Part shown: positions 1-9,683 of the stretch, piece after piece
Layout: every line of letters begins with the position of its first letter
Position numbering within the stretch: position 1 is the first letter of the stretch
Origin: an uncultured Rikenellaceae bacterium
Lineage (GTDB): Bacteria > Bacteroidota > Bacteroidia > Bacteroidales > VadinHA17
Reading direction: 5' to 3'
Assembly (NCBI GenBank): GCA_964595725.1
Contig: CAZQRQ010000012.1
Location: forward strand, 994 to 64,993
DNA length: 64,000 bases
The notes under the pieces: model-generated
What the model was told of the DNA's origin: nothing
What the model saw: only the letters and a program-made list of their open reading frames with translations
The model's database searches: none
Translations under genes and position numbers: made by a program

Positions 1-842
1 AGCTGAAGAAAAACTTCAAGAACATCGGATTCCACAAAAAGCCTCTTGGCGGCTATACAGCTCTGGCCGCAGTTCTGGAACCGGCCAAAAGCTGCGGCAT
101 CAGCGGCCCTGGGCAGATCAGCATCTTTAAATATAATGAAAGGGTCACTCCCACCCAGCTCAAGAACTGCCTTTTTCAGGAATTTCCCGGCAGTCGCCGC
201 AATGTTCCTTCCTGCTTCAGTGCTGCCGGTAAGGCTGACACCCCTTATTTCAGGTCTTGAGATAATTTTTTCAAGCTGGTCGTGGCTCACAAATAAAGTC
301 CTGACAATATTTTCAGGGAAACCTGCTTCGATGAACAGTTTCTCAATATTTAGTGTACATAGCGGCACTCCTGAGGCATGCTTCAGGAGAACAGTGTTCC
401 CGCCTGCAATTACAGGGATTATGAACCGGAAAGCCTGCCAGTAAGGAAAATTCCAGGGCATAATGCCCAGTATTATTCCCTGGGGATCGTAACGTACAAT
501 ACTCTCAGAGTGTGATGAAGCTCTTTTTTCAGGAGCTGAGAATTTCTCAATTTTATCAGCATAGTATAAACACAGGGATCCACATTTCTCGACCTCAGCT
601 ATTGCCTGTGCCACAGGTTTACCCATTTCCGACACAATGGTATGTGCATGTATTTCCTTCTCCCTTACTAATAGCTGGCCAGCAGCCTTTAGCAGATTTC
701 GTTTTTTCACAATTGCTTCTGCAGACCATTTTTCCCAGGCCAGGTGTGATTCTTTTATTATGGTAGCGATCTGTTCATCTGTAATAGTACTGAACCTGGC
801 ATTCTCTTTCCGGTAATACGGATCAAAACTTATATACTCCAT
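1..842 (-). CDS. NAD(P)-dependent aldehyde dehydrogenase family, succinate-semialdehyde dehydrogenase-like. Partial: the C-terminus lies beyond the window start.
   Basis: Not in the ORF track because no stop falls in the window. The minus-strand frame from ATG at 842 is open to position 3. My translation is MEYISFDPYYRKEN...GIMPWNFPYWQ...LELGGSDPFII...FQNCGQSCIAAKRLFV. It contains the ALDH catalytic Glu (ELGGSDP) and catalytic Cys (GQSCIAAKR) motifs. The plus-strand ORFs 46..444 and 512..766 are its antisense shadows. Confidence 0.8.
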   Translation of the reverse strand, partial: MEYISFDPYYRKENARFSTITDEQIATIIKESHLAWEKWSAEAIVKKRNLLKAAGQLLVREKEIHAHTIVSEMGKPVAQAIAEVEKCGSLCLYYADKIEKFSAPEKRASSHSESIVRYDPQGIILGIMPWNFPYWQAFRFIIPVIAGGNTVLLKHASGVPLCTLNIEKLFIEAGFPENIVRTLFVSHDQLEKIISRPEIRGVSLTGSTEAGRNIAATAGKFLKKAVLELGGSDPFIIFKDADLPRAADAAAFGRFQNCGQSCIAAKRLFVESDVLEVFLQ

Positions 843-894
843 GATTAAAATTTAAAAAAAAGAAACATATTCCTCTCATGGAGTTAAAAATAAT

Positions 895-902
895 TATTTT
901 TG
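895..902 (+). promoter_or_regulatory. Candidate Bacteroidota -7 promoter box (TAnnTTTG) upstream of queA
   Basis: TATTTTTG matches TAnnTTTG exactly, about 60 nt upstream of the queA ATG in an AT-rich divergent intergenic region. The motif is short and expected by chance in AT-rich DNA. Confidence 0.3.
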
Positions 903-962
903 CCGCGATTTAATTCCAGGGAATAAATCAAATATCTTCAATAAAACATAAATTTCTGATTA

Positions 963-2171
963 ATGATCGATCTCAACCTGGAAGAATATGATTATCTGCT
1001 ACCTGCGGAAAAAATTTCACAATACCCCCTGCAGCAGAGGGACAGGTCAAAACTTCTGGTCTATGATAAAGGGCTGATTACAGATACATTATTTAATAAT
1101 ATACACTCATATATAAAAACCGACAGTCTTCTTGTTTTTAATAACACCAGAGTAATAAAGGCCAGGTTGTTCTTCAAAAAACCATCAGGAGCAGGTATCG
1201 AGGTATTCTGCCTCGAACCTGTTGATCCTTCCGATTATGCCCTTTCCTTCTCATCGAAACAACCTGTCGAATGGAAATGTATTATCGGGAACCTTAAGAA
1301 ATGGAAAGACGGGATAGTCAACCTTGAGTTTGTCAGAGAAGGCAAAAAATCAAAGTTAAGCGCTGAAAAGGCCGGAAAATCCGGTGAAGCATGGATAATT
1401 AAGTTTAGCTGGGATTCGCCTGGCATGACATTTGGTGAAGTGATTGAATCTGCAGGTGTCGTACCTCTCCCACCCTATATAAACAGGAAAGCTGAACAGG
1501 AAGACAGTATAAGGTACCAGACTATATATTCCCTTGTCAAGGGCTCAGTGGCTGCACCGACTGCAGGACTGCATTTTACCGGAGAAGTGCTAAGAAACCT
1601 GCAGTTGCGGGGAATATCAATGGCTGAGCTGACTTTGCATGTGGGTGCCGGAACGTTCCAACCTGTAAAATCACACTCCATCAGGGATCATCAAATGCAT
1701 TCCGAGCATTTCTTTATCTCAGTTGAGACAATAGAGAAACTTATTAAAAATTCAGGTAAGATTGTGGCAGTAGGAACTACTTCGATGAGAGCCATAGAGA
1801 GTCTTTACTGGCTGGGATTAAAACCTGACCTGGAAACAGAATCTGAAAGCACTCAGTTTTTCGTCGACCAGTGGGAACCCTATACATTACGAGCAAATTT
1901 AAGCACCGTGGAATCATTTGAGAAGATACTCAGGTACATGCAGAGAAATAAACTGGAGGAAATGCACATCGCCACCAGGATAATTATTGCTCCTGGTTAT
2001 GAGTTTAAAATAACAGATGGCCTTATCACAAATTTCCACCTTCCCAGGAGTACCCTCCTGCTTTTGGTCTCTGCATGGACCGGCAAGGAGTGGAAAAGAA
2101 TATATGATTATGCCCTGGGAAATGATTTCCGGTTTTTAAGCTACGGGGACAGTTCATTACTTTACAGATAG
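963..2171 (+). CDS. queA: S-adenosylmethionine:tRNA ribosyltransferase-isomerase
   Basis: N-terminal YDYLLPAEKISQYPLQQRDRSKLLV and C-terminal GLITNFHLPRSTLLLLVSA are typical QueA signatures. The 402-aa length is plausible. Confidence 0.92.
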   Translation: MIDLNLEEYDYLLPAEKISQYPLQQRDRSKLLVYDKGLITDTLFNNIHSYIKTDSLLVFNNTRVIKARLFFKKPSGAGIEVFCLEPVDPSDYALSFSSKQPVEWKCIIGNLKKWKDGIVNLEFVREGKKSKLSAEKAGKSGEAWIIKFSWDSPGMTFGEVIESAGVVPLPPYINRKAEQEDSIRYQTIYSLVKGSVAAPTAGLHFTGEVLRNLQLRGISMAELTLHVGAGTFQPVKSHSIRDHQMHSEHFFISVETIEKLIKNSGKIVAVGTTSMRAIESLYWLGLKPDLETESESTQFFVDQWEPYTLRANLSTVESFEKILRYMQRNKLEEMHIATRIIIAPGYEFKITDGLITNFHLPRSTLLLLVSAWTGKEWKRIYDYALGNDFRFLSYGDSSLLYR

Positions 2172-2173
2172 CC

Positions 2174-2201
2174 GGTTACTGTGAAAACATTAACAGTAGC
2201 C
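2174..2201 (+). terminator. Weak terminator-like hairpin after queA
   Basis: GGTTACTGT / ACAGTAGCC forms a 9-bp stem (one G-U pair) with a 10-nt loop, 3 nt after the queA TAG. The downstream tail is only moderately T-rich. Confidence 0.25.
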
Positions 2202-2271
2202 ATATAAATTTGATTTACATATTCTTTTGATTATTTACTAAATTAATTTACCTTTACCCAAATTCTTAGTT

Positions 2272-2508
2272 ATGAGCGATAATAAGATAATGAATCAGAT
2301 AGGTGCGATTTTCGGCATTTTTATGGTGGTATTTTACATTGGTGTAGGAATGTACCTCGCTTTTGCCACCACACTTTACTATCTCGACCCTTTTCTAAGA
2401 AAATTAATTGGATTTACTTTTTTAATTTATGGTCTTTACAGAGGATATGTAACTTTTGTGAAAATAAAACGCTCTTTTTTTAACAAGGATGAGGATTTTG
2501 ATGAATAA
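2272..2508 (+). CDS. Small hypothetical membrane protein (two hydrophobic helices, acidic tail)
   Basis: 78-aa ORF with two clear hydrophobic segments (IGAIFGIFMVVFYIGVGMYLAF and LIGFTFLIYGLY). No family recognised. Confidence 0.45.
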   Translation: MSDNKIMNQIGAIFGIFMVVFYIGVGMYLAFATTLYYLDPFLRKLIGFTFLIYGLYRGYVTFVKIKRSFFNKDEDFDE

Positions 2509-2621
2509 TTAACATTAATGTGTTTTAATAACAAATAGTTTTTATATTGCGCGGTTGTTTTTTGTGGCATATACTTTGCTGTAAATGTTTATAGATAGTA
2601 ATCATTCGAAAATTAAAGATT

Positions 2622-3653
2622 ATGAGCAGAGTATCAAATATTCAAAATTTTTTTAATTTTGCATGCCAATTATTCTTATCCGGATATAAGCAGATTGTGA
2701 GACTGTTGGGAAAAAATCCGTTAGCGATAATACCTTATATATATATAGGGTTTTTGGTAATATTGCCGTCATGTGTGGGAGGCGGGAATGCCGGTTCTGA
2801 AACACCCACTAGCGGTAACATAAAGATTCTTGCAGATGAATCTTTCCGTCCTCTGATTGAGACAGAGGTTAACACTTTCACAGGTTTGTATCCTTACGCA
2901 CACATTACGCCACTTTATAAACCGGAAGTCGATGTCGTTAATTATTTCATGAACGACTCGGCAAGAGTGATGGTAACATCGAGAAAGCTGTCGGATGACC
3001 AGATAAAGTATCTTCGCGATACTCTTATCATAGCCAGGACAACAACATTTGCTTATGATGCGGTGGCTCTGGTAATTAATAAGGATAATCCTGATTCGTT
3101 ATTGAAATATGATGAAATAAAGGATATTTTTACAGGTAAAATCACTAAATGGAATGAGATAAACAGGAATTCAAACCTGGGCACTATCCGTTTCATTTTT
3201 GATAATACAAAATCAGGAAATATAAGGTATTTCAAAGAGAAATTTGAATACGACGATCCATTTACAGACAACTTCTATGCTATGCACAGCAATTTAGAGG
3301 TTATAAATTTTGTTCAAAACAACAAGGATGCCATTGGCATTATAAGTGTTAACTGGATCAGCGACATGGATGATTCAACAAGCAGGACTTTTATAAATAA
3401 AGTTAAAGTTGTTGCTGTAACCCAGCCGTATCTCGACCAGAACACTTACTACAAACCTGACCAGGGATTTATTTACGATAAATCTTATCCATTTGTAAGG
3501 GAAGTTTACCTTATTTCCAGGGAAAGCTTCTCAGGGCTGGGATCAGGATTCATCCAGTGGGCTTGTGCAGAACAGGGACAAAGGATAGTGCTCAAATCAG
3601 GGCTCGTACCTGCCACGATGCCGATAAGGCTTGTGCAGATAAAACAGGAATAG
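2622..3653 (+). CDS. PstS-family (periplasmic phosphate-binding-like) substrate-binding domain protein, probable lipoprotein
   Basis: A hydrophobic N-terminus ends in LPSCVGG (lipobox-like), followed by a type 2 periplasmic-binding fold pattern (IKILADESFRPL..., AIGIISVNW). It occupies the first position of the PstS-like/TPR/ExbB/ExbD/ExbD/TonB arrangement recurrent in Bacteroidota. Confidence 0.7.
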   Translation: MSRVSNIQNFFNFACQLFLSGYKQIVRLLGKNPLAIIPYIYIGFLVILPSCVGGGNAGSETPTSGNIKILADESFRPLIETEVNTFTGLYPYAHITPLYKPEVDVVNYFMNDSARVMVTSRKLSDDQIKYLRDTLIIARTTTFAYDAVALVINKDNPDSLLKYDEIKDIFTGKITKWNEINRNSNLGTIRFIFDNTKSGNIRYFKEKFEYDDPFTDNFYAMHSNLEVINFVQNNKDAIGIISVNWISDMDDSTSRTFINKVKVVAVTQPYLDQNTYYKPDQGFIYDKSYPFVREVYLISRESFSGLGSGFIQWACAEQGQRIVLKSGLVPATMPIRLVQIKQE

Positions 3654-3736
3654 TATTTTATACATTAAACATCAGGAATGTAAGAGAAACAACTAATATT
3701 AACTAACTGAATTACAGTAAAATAACAAGCACAATC

Positions 3737-6007
3737 ATGAAACGTATAATTTTAAAATCTGGTCTTTTGCTTGCGGGTATGATTCTTATAACGGTGTGCG
3801 GCCCATTTACTGCCACTGCTCAACAGGCTTCTGAATCGAGTCTAGATGCCGCAATACTGCTGACCAGAAGTGAGGCTTACGATAAGGCGGCTGATATGTT
3901 TAAAACACTGATCCAGCAGGAGCCAAATAACAGTAAACTCTATTTCTATTACGGAGAGAACTGGCTTCTGGATTATTTTTCAGACACTCTATCGAACTCA
4001 TTACCAGCATATACAAAGGAAGCAAAGGCACTTTTTGAGAAGGGTACCGAAGTCAGTCCAGATGATCCTTATAATTACGTAGGGCTGGCAAGGGTTGCTT
4101 TTCTAAATGGTGACGCGCAAACTGCGAATGCAATGAGGGAAAAAGCCAGGAGCTTCCTGCTTCCATACAGGAACCTGAGGAGAATTAATCCTCCTGCCCC
4201 GATATATGCCTTTACACTGGCCAAGCTGGCTGAATCATATATAACTGTTGACTTTAAAGTTGATACGGCCAAAGCGCTGCCTCTTATCAGGGAAGCTCTG
4301 AAAATAGATAATAAAAACAGTGATATTTACCTTATTGCCGGGGATATTTATAACCTGGTAAATGACGGATCAAACGCCATCAAGAATTACAAACTGGCAC
4401 AGGACTGGAATCTCACCTCTCCTACCGCATCGATGAAAATAGGCAGTATATACGTAAGGGCTAGAAACCTTAATGCTGCTATACCTTATTTCGAGGAAGC
4501 AATAAATCTTGATGAAGGATATGCACCTGCTTACAGGGAACTTGGTGCACTTTACTTAATGGCAAGGAGATACGACCAGTCAAAAGAGTATTTCCAGAAA
4601 TACCTGGATATGACTGCAGGCAACATCCCTGCCATGATCAGCTACGTTAGATCACTCTATTTTGCCGGTGAATATGACGAAGTTATAAACAGAATTGAAG
4701 AAATCTTCAAGGTCGATCAGTCAAAAGCTTATCTTAACCGTCTTGCCGCTTACTCCTGTTACGAAAAGAATGATGCCGACTATGACAAGGCTCTCCATTA
4801 TATGGAACAGCTCTTCAATACTTTGTCTCCCGAACTGTTAATTAAAAGGGACTATACATACCTGGCTAAAATTCTTCTGAAGAAGAACCAGGATTATCCT
4901 AACCTTTTCAGAGACCGCGACAGGATACAGACACAGCTTAACAGGCAGATGACAGCATATAATAACTTGACAACAGCTGCAGCAAAGACCAAGATGCAGC
5001 CGATAGTCGATACGCTCAAAGCACAGATAGCAAGGTTTGATGCCAGTATTGCTGAAGCCGATAAGGATATCGACAGGGCATTCGGTGAATACAACAAGGC
5101 CCTGACTTTCGATCCTGAAGATAAGGCGTTGCTGAATGAAATTGCCACCGCGTATTACAATTACAGGAGATACGGGCAGGCTGCCAGCACCTGGGCAAAA
5201 CTTATCACTCTTGGAAGAGACGACCTTTCAGATTACATGCGTGTGGGAAGAGCATATTATGTAGCAGAGAGGTACAAATCTGCCGATTCGATATTTAATG
5301 AGGTCCTGAAAAAGGATCCTAATTATCTTGAAGCTTATATTTTAATTGCAAGGACTAAATCGAGACAGGAAACTGATACAAAGACAGGCTTAGCAAAATC
5401 TCCCTTTATTGCTGTTCTGGAAAAAGCACATGCTGATTCTTTGAATAACGAGGCAGCAATTATTGAAGCATGTACATATCTTGGCTATCATTACATGATG
5501 AATGACAACTACCAGAAAGCCAAGTCATACTATGAAAGGATGATCAACCTTGATCCTTCAAATAATGAAAACAAGACAAGGGGATATATTGGCATCGGCC
5601 AGCTGGAAACCAGGATGGCTGCTAATGAAAAAACAATAGAAGGACGGCTTCCTTTCCTGGCAAGAGCACAGGAATCTTACAGGAAAGTGCTTGCATATGA
5701 CGCTCAAAATGAGACCGTGCAAACTTCCCTGAAATATGTCCAGGATTTTGAAAAACAGGTAAGGGCCGGTATAAATCCTAATGAGCTGAAGGGAGTTGTC
5801 AGAAATTCTGCCGGTCAGCCAGTTCCAAATGCATCAGTGCGTGTTAAGGACACAGCTGCTGAAACATATACAAATGCCTCAGGATCATTCAAGTTCGAAA
5901 TTCCGCAATCTTCGGAAGCACTGCTGATTTCTGCCCAGGGGTATGCGGTTAAAGAGGTTCCGGTTACACGTCCGCTGACAACAATGACAATAATACTTGA
6001 ACGATAG
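3737..6007 (+). CDS. Secreted tetratricopeptide-repeat protein with C-terminal carboxypeptidase-regulatory-like (CarboxypepD_reg) beta-sandwich domain
   Basis: It has a signal peptide (LLLAGMILITVCGPFTATAQQ) and many TPR-like A/Y/L periodic repeats. The C-terminal GVVRNSAGQPVPNASVRVKDTAAETYTNASGSFKFE is typical of the CarboxypepD_reg fold. Confidence 0.75.
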   Translation: MKRIILKSGLLLAGMILITVCGPFTATAQQASESSLDAAILLTRSEAYDKAADMFKTLIQQEPNNSKLYFYYGENWLLDYFSDTLSNSLPAYTKEAKALFEKGTEVSPDDPYNYVGLARVAFLNGDAQTANAMREKARSFLLPYRNLRRINPPAPIYAFTLAKLAESYITVDFKVDTAKALPLIREALKIDNKNSDIYLIAGDIYNLVNDGSNAIKNYKLAQDWNLTSPTASMKIGSIYVRARNLNAAIPYFEEAINLDEGYAPAYRELGALYLMARRYDQSKEYFQKYLDMTAGNIPAMISYVRSLYFAGEYDEVINRIEEIFKVDQSKAYLNRLAAYSCYEKNDADYDKALHYMEQLFNTLSPELLIKRDYTYLAKILLKKNQDYPNLFRDRDRIQTQLNRQMTAYNNLTTAAAKTKMQPIVDTLKAQIARFDASIAEADKDIDRAFGEYNKALTFDPEDKALLNEIATAYYNYRRYGQAASTWAKLITLGRDDLSDYMRVGRAYYVAERYKSADSIFNEVLKKDPNYLEAYILIARTKSRQETDTKTGLAKSPFIAVLEKAHADSLNNEAAIIEACTYLGYHYMMNDNYQKAKSYYERMINLDPSNNENKTRGYIGIGQLETRMAANEKTIEGRLPFLARAQESYRKVLAYDAQNETVQTSLKYVQDFEKQVRAGINPNELKGVVRNSAGQPVPNASVRVKDTAAETYTNASGSFKFEIPQSSEALLISAQGYAVKEVPVTRPLTTMTIILER

Positions 6008-6151
6008 TAATAATATTGGTTTAACATATTTTAACAAAGAGATAGGGTATTATCCAGTATATCGGTCTTAAGAATAAGACCCATGCCATAATTTAACCGG
6101 AATGGCGGCATTTATTAGATAAAGCCTATTGGAATTAAATAATTCATAATA

Positions 6152-6159
6152 TATATTTG
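6152..6159 (+). promoter_or_regulatory. Candidate -7 promoter box (TAnnTTTG) upstream of exbB
   Basis: TATATTTG is an exact match, about 39 nt upstream of the exbB ATG. There is no exact TTTG at the -33 position. Confidence 0.3.
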
Positions 6160-6197
6160 CCACTTGAAAATTCTTAACCTAAAACAAAATAATTAAA

Positions 6198-7016
6198 ATG
6201 AGTAAAAAAGGAAGTGCTTTAAAAGATGCGTTGCAAGGTGTTTTTGCAACTGGTGCTATTATTGTAGCTTTTTTGGTATCCCTGTATTTGTTTACCCATA
6301 TTATGGGAGATCCTGTGAACTTTGAAGGGGGTAACCCGAAGGGGCATCCCATTCAGGGAAATTACCTTGGAATAATTTATAAGGGGGGATTTATTGTACC
6401 TCTTCTTATGACATGTGTGTTACTTATCCTTATCTTCACAATTGAAAGGTTATTCACTCTGACCCGCGCCAAAGGAAGAAGCAGGCTTAATACTTTTGTC
6501 CGCAAAGTACAGAGCTTACTGGCTGCTGATCAAATTGAGGAAGCTATTGAAGCCTGTGACAAGCAGAAAGGTTCACTTGCCAACGTGATGAGGGAGGGCT
6601 TGGTCCGATACAGGGAATTGCAGAATGACAAATCCCTGCCAAAAGACCAGAAGATTCTTTCAATTGAGAAGGCATTTGAAGAAGCCAGTGCGCTCGAAAT
6701 GCCGATGCTTGGAAGAAACATGGTGTTTTTTGCCACTCTGGCACCCGGTACAGTGCTTATAGGTCTTATCGGAACAGTTCTAGGGATGATCCGTGCTTTT
6801 GCCGCTCTCGCCCAGGCTGGTGCTCCTGATGCCCTTGCTCTTGCAACAGGTATTTCCGAAGCACTTATCAACACTGCTTTTGGTATATCAGGTTCAGTAC
6901 TTGCACTGATTGCTTACAACTTCTTCTCTTCGAAAATTGATAATTTCACCTTCAAGATAGATGAAGCAGGCTTCAGCCTTACACAATCATTTGCAGCATC
7001 ACTTAAAAGCAACTAG
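6198..7016 (+). CDS. exbB: MotA/TolQ/ExbB proton-channel family protein
   Basis: Three-TM architecture with the conserved C-terminal LIGLIGTVLGMIRAF...ISEALINTAFG block. It is followed by two ExbD genes and tonB. Confidence 0.9.
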   Translation: MSKKGSALKDALQGVFATGAIIVAFLVSLYLFTHIMGDPVNFEGGNPKGHPIQGNYLGIIYKGGFIVPLLMTCVLLILIFTIERLFTLTRAKGRSRLNTFVRKVQSLLAADQIEEAIEACDKQKGSLANVMREGLVRYRELQNDKSLPKDQKILSIEKAFEEASALEMPMLGRNMVFFATLAPGTVLIGLIGTVLGMIRAFAALAQAGAPDALALATGISEALINTAFGISGSVLALIAYNFFSSKIDNFTFKIDEAGFSLTQSFAASLKSN

Positions 7017-7064
7017 AATAAATAATTTAACGTTTGTTTAAATACAAACATTAAAAAAGGTAAA

Positions 7065-7703
7065 ATGCCAAAGATTAAATTACCAACAAAGACCCCATTT
7101 GTCGACATGACGCCGATGGTTGACCTGTTCTCGTTGCTGCTTGTATTCTTTATACTTACTGCAACTTTCAGGGCACAGGAACCGGCTCCTGTTGATACGC
7201 CTTACTCCATATCAGAGAAACCTACACCCGATTTCAACAACATGACTGTTGTTTTTTCAAACGACAACCGCGTTTTCTTTAACGTTGATAACGGGCCTGA
7301 TACATTGCTCCAGTTCAGACCAAAAATTCTGGAGGAAATGGGAAGACAATACAACATAGAGTTTACAGAGAACGAATTAAGAGCTTTTGAAAGGTATTCC
7401 GGTTCAATAGGAGTGCCTATTGAGAACATGAAAACCTTCCTCAATACCACTGATTCAAGAACAAGAGAAGAACTCCAGGTTGGCATTCCCATCGACTCGC
7501 TTAATAACCAGCTTGCTTACTGGGTCCTATTCACTCGTCAGGTAAATCAAAATGTTATGGCCAGCCTGAAAGGAGACAGTAAGACAGAATTTCCACTGGT
7601 AAAAAAGGTTCTGGACATTCTTCAGGACAAGAACATCAACAGGTTTAATCTGGTGACAAATCTTAAAGCAGTTGAAATAAAAGACGAAGCAAATACACAG
7701 TAA
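7065..7703 (+). CDS. exbD: ExbD/TolR family biopolymer transport protein
   Basis: N-terminal DMTPMVDLFSLLLVFFILTATF is the ExbD/TolR TM signature. Confidence 0.85.
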   Translation: MPKIKLPTKTPFVDMTPMVDLFSLLLVFFILTATFRAQEPAPVDTPYSISEKPTPDFNNMTVVFSNDNRVFFNVDNGPDTLLQFRPKILEEMGRQYNIEFTENELRAFERYSGSIGVPIENMKTFLNTTDSRTREELQVGIPIDSLNNQLAYWVLFTRQVNQNVMASLKGDSKTEFPLVKKVLDILQDKNINRFNLVTNLKAVEIKDEANTQ

Positions 7704-7705
7704 TT

Positions 7706-8380
7706 ATGGCAGACGTAGGCGGTGGACAAGAACAACCGAAGAAAGGCGGGAAACGACATGTAAAAAAATCGGTCGTAAGAATCGATATGACACCTATGGT
7801 CGACCTTATGTGTCTTCTGATAACTTTCTTCATGCTAACCACGGCATTCAGCAAGCCCAAAATAATGGAAATCGTGCTTCCTGAGAAAATAAAAAAGAAT
7901 CAGAAAGTGGAGGCTCCAAAAATTGCTGAAAGCCGTACTGTAAACCTTATACTCGGACCGGATAATAAAATTCTCTGGTACATGGGTAAAGCTGACGATC
8001 CCAAATATGCGCCTCCATTGCAGGTGGCTGATTTCAGTGGTACTGAAACCGGGATCCGCTCAATCCTCCTGGAGAGGAACAGGGCTCTGTTCAGAAAAAT
8101 AGATCAATTCCGTGATGATGTCACAGCAGGGAAAATTGATATTCCGCGTGATTCCGTTGAGGCGGCTATCAGGGTATTGAAAAATGAAGATGACACAGGA
8201 CCCATTGTTCTTATAAAAGCATATAAGACAGCAAACTACGGTAACTTCGTCGATATTCTCGACGAGATGTCTATTATAGGTATAGCCCGTTATGCTTTTG
8301 TTGATATAAACTGGGTTGAGGAGGCAATGGTGGAAGAATGGATCAAAACCAATATGCCAGAGCTGGCAGCTCAGAATTAA
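7706..8380 (+). CDS. exbD: ExbD/TolR family biopolymer transport protein (second paralog)
   Basis: IDMTPMVDLMCLLITFFMLTTAF signature. It starts 3 nt after the previous stop. Confidence 0.85.
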   Translation: MADVGGGQEQPKKGGKRHVKKSVVRIDMTPMVDLMCLLITFFMLTTAFSKPKIMEIVLPEKIKKNQKVEAPKIAESRTVNLILGPDNKILWYMGKADDPKYAPPLQVADFSGTETGIRSILLERNRALFRKIDQFRDDVTAGKIDIPRDSVEAAIRVLKNEDDTGPIVLIKAYKTANYGNFVDILDEMSIIGIARYAFVDINWVEEAMVEEWIKTNMPELAAQN

Positions 8381-8399
8381 TCAATAAAAAAGACTTAAG

Positions 8400-9179
8400 A
8401 TGGCAAAGGAAAAGATAGATGCCCCTTCATTTGTAGATATTGTATTCGAACAGCGAAATAAGCAATACGGGGCATACAGACTTCGCAAAAAGTACAACAG
8501 GAACCTGTTACTTGGCCTGATCTTAGGAACAATAATATTGGCGACAGCCATTATTGCTCCTTTCATCAATGCCAAAGCCCTTGAAAAACAAGCGAGGCGT
8601 CAGGAAAGACAGGTAGAGATAGAAATGACAAATCTCGATCAACCTGAAGAGAATTTCGAACCACCCCCTCCACCTCCACCCCCACCTGCTGAAACTGTTC
8701 AGGAGGTAAGGTACGTGGCTCCAGTAGTGGTTGACTCTATAAAGCCTGAGGAAGTGAATCAGCAGCTCATGACAGCTGATGAAGCCCAGATAGAGGTCCA
8801 GAATGAGGAAGTCACTATTGTTGAGGAAGTGGAAGAGGAAGTACAGGAAGAAGAAGCTCCCGCTGAAGTTTTCGTTGTGGTTGAAGAGATGCCTTCATTC
8901 CCCGGTGGTGATACTGAACTTATGAAGTTCATCTACGATAATATCGAGTATCCTGAAATTGCAAAAGAAAACAATATTCAGGGAAGGGTTATTATCAGGT
9001 TCTGTGTTACTTACAAAGGCGGTGTGGACCAGGTAACAGTACTTAAAGGTGTTGACCCCGCTCTCGATAATGAAGCAGTCAGGGTGATAAAAATGCTGCC
9101 TACCTGGAGGCCAGGGAAACAGGGAGGAAAGGCCGTGAATGTTTGGTACAGCGTACCAGTAACCTTCCAGCTTAAATAA
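8400..9179 (+). CDS. tonB: Energy transducer TonB
   Basis: N-terminal TM anchor, a Pro-rich spacer (EPPPPPPPPPAE), an acidic linker, and a C-terminal TonB domain (MPSFPGGDTELMKFIYDNIEYPEIAKENNIQGRVIIRF...V..F). Confidence 0.88.
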   Translation: MAKEKIDAPSFVDIVFEQRNKQYGAYRLRKKYNRNLLLGLILGTIILATAIIAPFINAKALEKQARRQERQVEIEMTNLDQPEENFEPPPPPPPPPAETVQEVRYVAPVVVDSIKPEEVNQQLMTADEAQIEVQNEEVTIVEEVEEEVQEEEAPAEVFVVVEEMPSFPGGDTELMKFIYDNIEYPEIAKENNIQGRVIIRFCVTYKGGVDQVTVLKGVDPALDNEAVRVIKMLPTWRPGKQGGKAVNVWYSVPVTFQLK

Positions 9180-9201
9180 TTTAACAATAACTATATTAAG
9201 A

Positions 9202-9233
9202 GAGGCTGATCGTTTTGATCAGCCTCTTTTTTT
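9202..9233 (+). terminator. Rho-independent terminator after tonB
   Basis: GAGGCTGATC / GATCAGCCTC is a perfect 10-bp stem with a 5-nt loop (GTTTT), followed by T7. Confidence 0.75.
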
Positions 9234-9296
9234 ATGTATATGATATTTATCATTTTTATCGGCTGTTATAAATTTCACATAATACATTAATAGTCC

Positions 9297-9304
9297 TATT
9301 TTTG
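9297..9304 (+). promoter_or_regulatory. Candidate -7 promoter box (TAnnTTTG) for the nuo operon
   Basis: TATTTTTG lies 29 nt upstream of the nuoA ATG, after the tonB terminator. The -33 region has TTTC rather than TTTG. Confidence 0.3.
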
Positions 9305-9332
9305 TCCGTCCAATTATAAAAGAGTCAATAAA

Positions 9333-9683
9333 ATGGATAATGAGTGGTTGATACTGTTTTTCCTGGTAGGAGCTATCTTTGTAGGTGTAGTCCTTATATT
9401 CTCCGGAGTTGTGGCTCCAAAATCAATCAATCCGCAGAAATTTGAACCATACGAATGCGGAATCCCAACCACGGGCCTTACCTGGCTGCAGTTTAATATA
9501 GGATACTATCTCTTTGCAATACTCTTCCTGATCTTTGATGTTGAAACAGTCCTGGTATTTCCATGGGCTGTCGTTATGAAAGATGTAGGTATGGTAGCAT
9601 TTATAGAGATAATCATATTTTTCTTAATTCTTGGCCTGGGCCTTCTGTACGCCTGGAAAAAACATGCGCTTATATGGGAATAA
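9333..9683 (+). CDS. nuoA: NADH-quinone oxidoreductase subunit A
   Basis: 116 aa with three TM segments. The FEPYECGIP motif and [15 protein letters not shown] are characteristic of NuoA/ND3. Confidence 0.92.
   Translation: MDNEWLILFFLVGAIFVGVVLIFSGVVAPKSINPQKFEPYECGIPTTGLTWLQFNIGYYLFAILFLIFDVETVLVFPWAVVMKDVGMVAFIEIIIFFLILGLGLLYAWKKHALIWE

Noticed and set aside
46-766. Plus-strand ORFs 46..444 and 512..766 from the track
   Set aside because: They lie antisense to a clearly recognisable aldehyde dehydrogenase gene (1..842, minus) with intact catalytic motifs. Their translations are low-complexity and match no family.
9563-9673. N-terminal extension of the nuoB ORF (track start 9563)
   Set aside because: It overlaps nuoA by 121 nt and the extra peptide ([12 protein letters not shown]...) is not NuoB-like. 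The conserved protein begins at [10 protein letters not shown] (ATG 9674).
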